Assembly: GCA_964371255.1 (NCBI GenBank)
Contig: CAYJKV010000002.1
Span: forward strand, 66,553 to 130,552
Source of the DNA: an uncultured Candidatus Saccharibacteria bacterium
Lineage (GTDB): Bacteria > Patescibacteriota > Andersenbacteria > UBA10190
Length of the DNA: 64,000 nucleotides
Reading direction: 5' to 3'
How positions within the stretch are numbered: position 1 is the first letter of the stretch; each line of letters begins with the position of its first letter. The notes beneath the pieces are model-generated. The model was not told where the DNA came from. It saw only the letters and a program-made list of their open reading frames with translations, and searched no databases. Positions 58,060 to 64,000 of the stretch are shown here, piece after piece. The translations under genes were made by a program, and so were the position numbers.

Positions 58060-58905
58060 ATGCTTTCCGCTATTGTCATTACCCGCAACGAAGAGGACTC
58101 CATTGCCGGCTGTCTCGCAAGTTTATCCTTTGCTGACCAGGTTGTGGTGGTCGATTCCGGCAGTACTGATAATACCGTGTCAGTCGCGCGGCAGCGCGGT
58201 GCCCAAGTCTATACCCATGCTTGGTCCAGCTATGGTGATCAGAAAAATTTTGGCGCCTCCAAAGCATTAGGGCAGTGGCTATTGTTTATTGATGCAGACG
58301 AGCAGGTCTCCCCTGCCTTAGCTACCACCATCACCGCCTTGGTCGGTAATACTGCCGCCGCTCCGCCTCATGATTTTTATTGGCTGCGCATTATTACCGT
58401 CTTCCTCAATCGTCCGCTACCTCATTTATTTGGCAATAACGTCCGTCTATTTAAAAAATCTGCCGGCCAGTGGGACACGGCCCCCGTTCATGAGCAAGTC
58501 CTGACCGCGACTGACCAGACCATTAAACTCGGCGATCAATGGTCAGGCCGGCTTTTCCCGCCCCTGTTTCATTACTCGCATCGCACAGTGACCTCATATC
58601 TTACTAAGATGTATCACTATACTACTCTCGATGCCCGGCACATGTTCCGCACACAGCGTCATCGGTCCGGTAAAAAATATTACCCCTCGGTATTTCTGCC
58701 CTATCGATTATTTGTTCGTCAACTGGTTAAACTGCTTTTTTACCGGCGTGGTTTTATGGACGGTTTAGCTGGCTGTCTCTGGTGTGTGTTGTCTGCTTAT
58801 TATGAATTTGATATGGCCAAAAAATATAATCGGCTTAGCCGAACGCCTCCTCAATACCCGCTTCAGGCTGCCGCGCCTGATCAGCCAGCAGAAAAAGCGG
58901 ATTAA
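58060..58905 (+). CDS. glycosyltransferase family 2
   Basis: 281 aa with LSAIVITRNEEDSIAGCLASL...VVVVDSGSTDNT and FIDADE. Confidence 0.8.
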   Translation: MLSAIVITRNEEDSIAGCLASLSFADQVVVVDSGSTDNTVSVARQRGAQVYTHAWSSYGDQKNFGASKALGQWLLFIDADEQVSPALATTITALVGNTAAAPPHDFYWLRIITVFLNRPLPHLFGNNVRLFKKSAGQWDTAPVHEQVLTATDQTIKLGDQWSGRLFPPLFHYSHRTVTSYLTKMYHYTTLDARHMFRTQRHRSGKKYYPSVFLPYRLFVRQLVKLLFYRRGFMDGLAGCLWCVLSAYYEFDMAKKYNRLSRTPPQYPLQAAAPDQPAEKAD

Positions 58906-58913
58906 TTATTCTT

Positions 58914-60065
58914 ATGCGGATCGTCCATACTTGCTTGCGTTACCCCCCCGCTACTGGCGGTGTGGAAACCTATGTACAACAACTGGTCACTCGCACCCGT
59001 AATATTGAGCAGCAGATTGATGTCCGAGTCCTCACCAGTAAAATGCGCACCCATGGTCCGATTTCCGACTTGTCACCGGACTTATTGTTAGACGATCCGC
59101 CATACGTGCAGCGCCTCCATCACCTGGCTACTCCCTTTGTTTCCTACCCTCGTTTGCAGGCCCTCAAATATTATTTGACCCATCATAACCCTGACATTGT
59201 TCACGGCTACAGCTTTTGGTACCAGCCGGCCGATGTCGCTGCCCGCTGGGCAGCCCAACATCGCCGCCTCTTTATTTTTCATCCGATGTACTACGAATCA
59301 GTCAGGCGAAAGAAACTCACCTGGCAGATTTATTGCCGAACCATCGGCTATCGGACTTTCGCGGCCGCTGATGCCGTGGTCGTTATTTCTCCTTATGAGC
59401 AAAGCCTGATTACGCGGGCCGGCTTTCCGGTTAAACGGTTTTATCTAATTCCACCTGGCATAGACATTTCTGAATTTAATCATCCCGGTATCAATCCATA
59501 TCCTTCGTCCTCGTCGATCGCTCCTATTATCCTTTGTGTCTCACGTTTGTCGGCTGAAAAGAAACTTCAGGACGTAATATCCGTCATGCCGCAAGTGCTG
59601 CACCATGCTCCCCACGCTCATCTTTTTCTAGTCGGCGAGGATTTTGGTTATCAGTCAGAGCTCCGGGCCTTAATAAATAAACTTGACCTCTCCGGCCACG
59701 TCCATTTTCTTGGCCGCCTCAGTCGTCAGCAGCTGCTTGGTGCCTATCAACATGCCGATCTTTTCATTCATCCTTCTAATTATGAAGCTTTTGGCATTGT
59801 CGTGGCAGAGGCGATGGCCGCTCGCCTGCCTGTCATCGCTCGCGACACCTCTGCCATACCATACGTTGCCCCGCATCGTCAGGCCGCTCTTCTATTCCGT
59901 ACTCAAAACGATCTCACGGCCAATATCTTGACTGTGCTTAGAGACAACAAATATGCACAAACTCTCACCAACAACGCCTATCAACGAGTTCTGACGAACT
60001 TCACGTGGGATTTAACTCAAAAAAAAGTGGCCGATCTTTACTCAGGGTTACTGACTAAAGATTAG
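58914..60065 (+). CDS. glycosyltransferase family 4
   Basis: 383 aa with SNYEAFGIVVAEAMAARLPVIARDTSAIPYV. Contains a C7 tract at codons 10-12 (58943..58949). Confidence 0.85.
   Translation: MRIVHTCLRYPPATGGVETYVQQLVTRTRNIEQQIDVRVLTSKMRTHGPISDLSPDLLLDDPPYVQRLHHLATPFVSYPRLQALKYYLTHHNPDIVHGYSFWYQPADVAARWAAQHRRLFIFHPMYYESVRRKKLTWQIYCRTIGYRTFAAADAVVVISPYEQSLITRAGFPVKRFYLIPPGIDISEFNHPGINPYPSSSSIAPIILCVSRLSAEKKLQDVISVMPQVLHHAPHAHLFLVGEDFGYQSELRALINKLDLSGHVHFLGRLSRQQLLGAYQHADLFIHPSNYEAFGIVVAEAMAARLPVIARDTSAIPYVAPHRQAALLFRTQNDLTANILTVLRDNKYAQTLTNNAYQRVLTNFTWDLTQKKVADLYSGLLTKD
58943..58949 (+). repeat. poly-C(7) homopolymeric tract at the 5' end of the GT4 CDS
   Basis: Seen directly: taCCCCCCCgct, encoding YPPA at codons 10-12. 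Confidence 0.9.
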
Positions 60066-60469
60066 TCACTGAACGCCAGGTTGTCTTGTCCACTCGCGGC
60101 GCAAAGCTGCTCGGCTAAAGACAGGAGGGAATGCGATTGGATGTGCGCAATTTGTCTGGGATGAAATTCCTGGAAATCAACAAACTTGGTTAAATGTCGA
60201 TCATCATCACCAACCAAAATCACGACAAATGGGCCATGCGCATTTTGCTTAAGGGCCTCCTCCGCATTGCTGATCTCTGTTTGTTGCTTGACGTTTCTGC
60301 CCAGTCGATTCACCTCATCCAATACAACCATGTGCACATTATCATAAACTTCATAGAGGCCTTCCCACTGTTCAAAACCCAACACGCTGACCTGAAAACC
60401 TGCCTGTGCTAAAGTTCCAACAATGCCGGTTGGTTCGTCAGATACTACAATTGCCTTCCTGTCTCTCAT
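60062..60469 (-). CDS. hypothetical stand-alone receiver (CheY-like)-fold protein
   Basis: 135 aa with an alternating beta/alpha pattern and acidic residues at receiver-like positions (VVSDEP...VVLDE...VVILVGDDD...TKF). Weak call. Confidence 0.35.
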   Translation of the reverse strand: MRDRKAIVVSDEPTGIVGTLAQAGFQVSVLGFEQWEGLYEVYDNVHMVVLDEVNRLGRNVKQQTEISNAEEALKQNAHGPFVVILVGDDDRHLTKFVDFQEFHPRQIAHIQSHSLLSLAEQLCAASGQDNLAFSD

Positions 60470-60551
60470 TTTCCTACCCTCTTATAAGTTGGTGAGAGAA
60501 CGAAAAAACCTTACAATATGACTATCTAAACTATTATACTTTTGTATTGCC

Positions 60552-61625
60552 ATGTCAAACCTTAACTATCTCATCCTGTCGCTCTCCGGCATCGGTAACT
60601 ATCTCATGCACACCGCTCTTATTCACGCCATTAAAGTACATCAGCCAACCGCTACCATTACTCTCTGGGTGGCCCCTCGTCACACGGCGGTTCTCGCCCA
60701 GGCCAACCCCGACATTGATCATGTTATTAAGGCTCCTATCAAGCGCTCATTGTTGGGCCACCTGCAACAAGTTATCAGGTTGCGTCATTTATCCCCTGAC
60801 ACGGGATTCATTCTTTACCCGGGACAACTTTGGAAGAGTGCGCTCTACGTTTTTTTAGCGGGGGCTTACCGGCGTGTCGGACATCGTTATATGCATCTAG
60901 GTAATCCTGACAGTTCATTATTACTGACTAATCCGGTCAATGTTAATCCCGCGCTGCATGATATTGATCAAAATCTCGCGCTGCTGCAACCGTTGTCCAT
61001 CCCAATTCCGTCTGCCCTGCCCCCTTATTTTGTCACGATACCGACCCATTATCAGCAACAGGCGAAATCACTTCTAGCCCGCGTGCACCATTCATCCCCC
61101 GCCGCTAAAATTTACTTCGGTCTTCACCCCGGCTCTGCGCCAGATTTTGCCTGGAAACGCTGGCCGATTGAACGATATGCCAGCCTGGCTAAGCAAATAA
61201 TTAAAAAGTATCACGCTCATGTTTTAATATTCGGCGGCGCTCAAGAACTTACGCTCATGAAAAACCTTCGCCGTCTCATCGGCCCGGACCATTCGTCTAT
61301 AATGTCTGCCCACTTGCTCACCGTCGCGGCCCTGATGAAAAATTGCCAATTATTTATCGCTAATGACTCAGGGCTAATGCATCTTTCCTCGGCCTTGTCT
61401 GTTCCGACTATTGGTCTATTTGGTCCCACCAATGAGCGTCGCACGGGTCCTCGCGGTCAAGGCAGCGTGCCACTGCGCGCTCCCGGCACTGCCCCTGTTT
61501 ATGACGTCAACACAAACTACGCCCTGGGCTCAAGCCCTCATCCGTTCATGTTGGCTCTTAACACTTCCCTGGTTATGGCGGCAGTAGAAAATATACTAAA
61601 TCAACCCCCGGCTCAATCGTCGTAG
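60552..61625 (+). CDS. glycosyltransferase family 9 (heptosyltransferase-like)
   Basis: 357 aa with LILSLSGIGNYLMHTALIHAIK and the C-terminal IANDSGLMHLSSALSVPTIGLFGPTN. Confidence 0.7.
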   Translation: MSNLNYLILSLSGIGNYLMHTALIHAIKVHQPTATITLWVAPRHTAVLAQANPDIDHVIKAPIKRSLLGHLQQVIRLRHLSPDTGFILYPGQLWKSALYVFLAGAYRRVGHRYMHLGNPDSSLLLTNPVNVNPALHDIDQNLALLQPLSIPIPSALPPYFVTIPTHYQQQAKSLLARVHHSSPAAKIYFGLHPGSAPDFAWKRWPIERYASLAKQIIKKYHAHVLIFGGAQELTLMKNLRRLIGPDHSSIMSAHLLTVAALMKNCQLFIANDSGLMHLSSALSVPTIGLFGPTNERRTGPRGQGSVPLRAPGTAPVYDVNTNYALGSSPHPFMLALNTSLVMAAVENILNQPPAQSS

Positions 61626-61630
61626 CACTT

Positions 61631-62596
61631 TCACCCCGCTTGTTTTACGCCGGGTTTTACTGCCTTTTCTTCTCGCGCGACATCATTCGTGTCCATTCTG
61701 TTAATGGCATATCTAATATCCCGCCAAGAACCTATTGTTTCCCCACCTTTTGTAGTAAAGGCGGCAGCACAACCTAGCTTCTTCAGAATTGCCTCAGTTT
61801 CTTTATTGTATGAGCCATAGGGATAACACATCGTCCAGCCAACCTCGGGAACTCCAATACTAATCAGCGCCCTTAAAGCTTGATCAATTTCCTCTTGTTG
61901 TTTCTCCCGTGACAATTTTTCCAACCAAACATGATTATAACCATGGTTGCCAACTGTCATGCCGTCTTCCAGCAACTGCTTAACTTCACCTACCTTCATG
62001 TAAAGCCCATCTGCGATTGATCTTTCATCTTGCCCCACGTGTTGAGCAAACATCTCATTAATAATTAACGTTCGTACTCGATCCGGCAGCGCGAACTGAA
62101 GCATGCTTTTGATATATTTAATTTCCGCGCTATCAAATCTTCCGGGTTTGCCATATTCTCGCCAATATTCACTAATTTGCCACAACGTGTCTTCTCCGCG
62201 TCGCTGCTCAATCATCGCATGCATCGTCTTAATTATATCAAGAGGCCTGATTCCTCGGCCCAGTATCAATTGAATCTTATTTGTTTCTGTGATCTTTCTT
62301 TCCCACACCGCCCGGCTAGAGATAAAAAATATCGCGGCCACCTTTTCTTCCGCCAAAATCGGCCTTACAGTCGTAAAGTGCTCCCGGTAACCGTCATCGA
62401 ATGTCAATAATATATCCGTACGTGGCAACACCTTATTTTGCTTTACGCTCTCCAAAAAATCCGTTGGGGTAATAATTCTGCCGCTCCTCCTGAGTAAGTT
62501 TAATTGCCGCCGAAATTGATCAACGGATAACGCCTTCAGCTGCGGCCACTTACTACCCGCCACGTCTCTCACGTAGTGGTAGTTAACTATGCGCAT
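61631..62596 (-). CDS. polysaccharide deacetylase (NodB domain, CE4)
   Basis: 321 aa with ILLTFDDGYREHF and VGNHGYNH motifs. Confidence 0.8.
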   Translation of the reverse strand: MRIVNYHYVRDVAGSKWPQLKALSVDQFRRQLNLLRRSGRIITPTDFLESVKQNKVLPRTDILLTFDDGYREHFTTVRPILAEEKVAAIFFISSRAVWERKITETNKIQLILGRGIRPLDIIKTMHAMIEQRRGEDTLWQISEYWREYGKPGRFDSAEIKYIKSMLQFALPDRVRTLIINEMFAQHVGQDERSIADGLYMKVGEVKQLLEDGMTVGNHGYNHVWLEKLSREKQQEEIDQALRALISIGVPEVGWTMCYPYGSYNKETEAILKKLGCAAAFTTKGGETIGSWRDIRYAINRMDTNDVAREEKAVKPGVKQAG

Positions 62597-62618
62597 GTCA
62601 GCCAGCTTTAATTGTCAT

Positions 62619-63527
62619 CTAGTCTTTAACACCATGAATCATAAACGCGGAGGCTTGCCCGATCAGTCTTAAATCATGAGCATACTCCTGCAGGAGATTC
62701 GCTATTTCAAAATGAATACGAGGCTCGCTGGTTTTAAAACTGGGCGGACCGCAATGGATATGCACCGGGCCGACACCATCAATCCTGAAACCTTCGCGAT
62801 CCATAATTTTCATCAACTGGATCGGCGTATATTGATAGCGTGAGCCCACGGCAATGCCGGTGTTGGCATGAATCATCTCTTCGTTCTGCATCGGCGCAAC
62901 CGTCATCTCGAGCAGCTCCCGCACCGGTCGGTGGTCATTGAGCGCCACAATTTCGGCCGCCAACGTTTCCACTGTTCCCTCGGCTATTTCGCCGGCCGTG
63001 TATTCATTAGCGGACATCATATTAAATAATCGATTACGCGAGCTCACGACCAATGACCCTCCTGGCTTTAAAATACGGTAAGCATCATTAAAAAAATCGT
63101 CCCGTTGCTCATAGGAGATATATTCGATAAAGCCATTCGCGACCACCACGTCATAACTTTTATCCTCGACGTGCCAATCAAAGAAATCGGCCAAAATAAA
63201 CTCCGCCAAGCTTATTTTATCGTCTATCGCCCGCTGATGAGCTAAGTCCACCATTCCCCCCGCGATGTCAATCCCAGTCGCTTTAATCCCCATTTTCGCT
63301 GTTTCACAAACTAGATCACCTACCCCGCTGCCAATATCCAATAAATACTTAGTCTCTGTCCGTTTCTTTAATACTGCGAGCACGTAATCATTGCGCTGCT
63401 TTATGACATTCACTTTATTTATAACCAGTCCATCTGCCTTACGCTCCCAATCCTGCGCCTTTTCGTCAAAAAATCTCTTTGCTTCTTCTTGCTGCTTGGT
63501 GCGTTGAATTTTTTCCCGTATGTTCAT
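62619..63527 (-). CDS. class I SAM-dependent methyltransferase
   Basis: 302 aa with motif I LLDIGSGVGDL and post-I/II motifs GIDIAGGMV and ILKPGGSLVVS. Confidence 0.8.
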   Translation of the reverse strand: MNIREKIQRTKQQEEAKRFFDEKAQDWERKADGLVINKVNVIKQRNDYVLAVLKKRTETKYLLDIGSGVGDLVCETAKMGIKATGIDIAGGMVDLAHQRAIDDKISLAEFILADFFDWHVEDKSYDVVVANGFIEYISYEQRDDFFNDAYRILKPGGSLVVSSRNRLFNMMSANEYTAGEIAEGTVETLAAEIVALNDHRPVRELLEMTVAPMQNEEMIHANTGIAVGSRYQYTPIQLMKIMDREGFRIDGVGPVHIHCGPPSFKTSEPRIHFEIANLLQEYAHDLRLIGQASAFMIHGVKD

Positions 63528-64000
63528 TGTTTAGATATTACTTGTTTATAAAATACTTCATACTGCGATGCAATCCTTTCTTTAGTGAGATTGCTGATCA
63601 CCCATGCCCTCGCCTCCCTGCCCATGGCTTGCCTTTCTGTATCATTCATCCGCAGTGCCTTGATTATAGACTCGCTCAGAGCTTCCCGGGAATTGCGCTT
63701 AAAAAGCAGGCCAGTCTTTCCAGTTTTGATCATTTCGCTTGGTCCGCCGACATCGGCCGCTACTACTACTTTACCTCTAGCCATACCTTCTGCCACTGTT
63801 CGTCCAAACGGTTCATGCCAAATATGCGGCGCCACAACGATCTGTGCCTGGTTATATTCCCTGATCGTTTGATCCCACGGGACCGGCCCGATCAATTTAA
63901 CTGAGTATTGTAAACCGTATTTTTCAATCCTCGATTCGTATTCCTGACGATTTCTCCCCTCGCCGACTATTCTTAATGATGCCTTAGGTTCCTTTTGTAT
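63524..64000 (-). CDS. glycosyltransferase family 4, C-terminal part (gene continues beyond the window end)
   Basis: The C-terminal GT4 region is HEPFGRTVAEGMARGKVVVAADVGGPSEMI. The frame stays open upstream of the track's TTG at 63895 all the way to position 64000. Confidence 0.7.
   Translation of the reverse strand: MQKEPKASLRIVGEGRNRQEYESRIEKYGLQYSVKLIGPVPWDQTIREYNQAQIVVAPHIWHEPFGRTVAEGMARGKVVVAADVGGPSEMIKTGKTGLLFKRNSREALSESIIKALRMNDTERQAMGREARAWVISNLTKERIASQYEVFYKQVISKQ

Noticed and set aside
1-64000. Search for tRNA, rRNA, CRISPR arrays and IS elements
   Set aside because: I found no T-loop (GGTTCGAATCC or variants) or D-loop consensus in any intergenic region I scanned by eye. There are no direct-repeat/spacer arrays and no transposase or integrase-like ORFs. 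Absence is by visual scan only, not tRNAscan or Infernal.

Overview
The window is a gene-dense bacterial segment of about 50% GC, with no rRNA or tRNA genes, CRISPR arrays, transposases or integrases that I could see. It reads as three blocks.

Block 1 (1..2854, minus strand) is a conserved translation/transcription operon in the order infA-rpmJ-rpsM-rpsK-rpsD-rpoA-rplQ. rpmJ is absent from the ORF track because it is shorter than 60 aa, and infA appears to use a TTG start. Upstream of infA, the usual secY-adk-map neighbours are replaced by an orphan single-pass membrane protein and a short alanyl-tRNA synthetase that lacks the C-Ala domain.

Block 2 (6529..11528, minus strand) holds four genes. 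They are a LOG-family hydrolase, a type IV coupling-protein-like P-loop ATPase ending in a CxxC...CxxC zinc ribbon, a membrane/acidic partner protein, and a fusion of a sigma-70 region-4 HTH with a HARE-HTH domain. The HTH fusion gene is preceded by a near-consensus promoter and three palindromes.

Block 3 is cell-envelope biosynthesis. It begins with a trimmed dcw-type cluster, dacA-like carboxypeptidase, mraY, murD, ftsW, murG and murC, on the minus strand at 11719..18960. A divergent trio follows at 20894..24716: a MurF-like ligase whose N-terminal domain is replaced by about 170 aa of membrane segment, a DegT-type sugar aminotransferase and a FemAB-family transferase. The remaining ~39 kb (24871 to the window end) is a glycan-assembly locus. 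It carries six GT2, about six GT4 and two GT9 genes, with three of the GT2 genes Dpm1-like. It carries two Wzx-like flippases, one fused to a glycosyltransferase, and a MurJ-like flippase. Its remaining genes are an O-antigen-ligase-like protein, three large polytopic GT-C-like membrane proteins each beside a Dpm1-like synthase, two CE4 deacetylases, an ATP-grasp ligase, a SAM methyltransferase, a PgeF/YfiH protein, a SpoIID/LytB protein, a Nif3 protein and several orphan hypotheticals. Many genes overlap by 4 nt (ATGA), which suggests translational coupling.

The short AlaRS, the trimmed dcw cluster and the large investment in surface glycan are compatible with a reduced-genome lineage such as Patescibacteria/CPR. 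That attribution is low-confidence inference only. All calls are based on reading the translated ORFs for family signature motifs; no database search was run.
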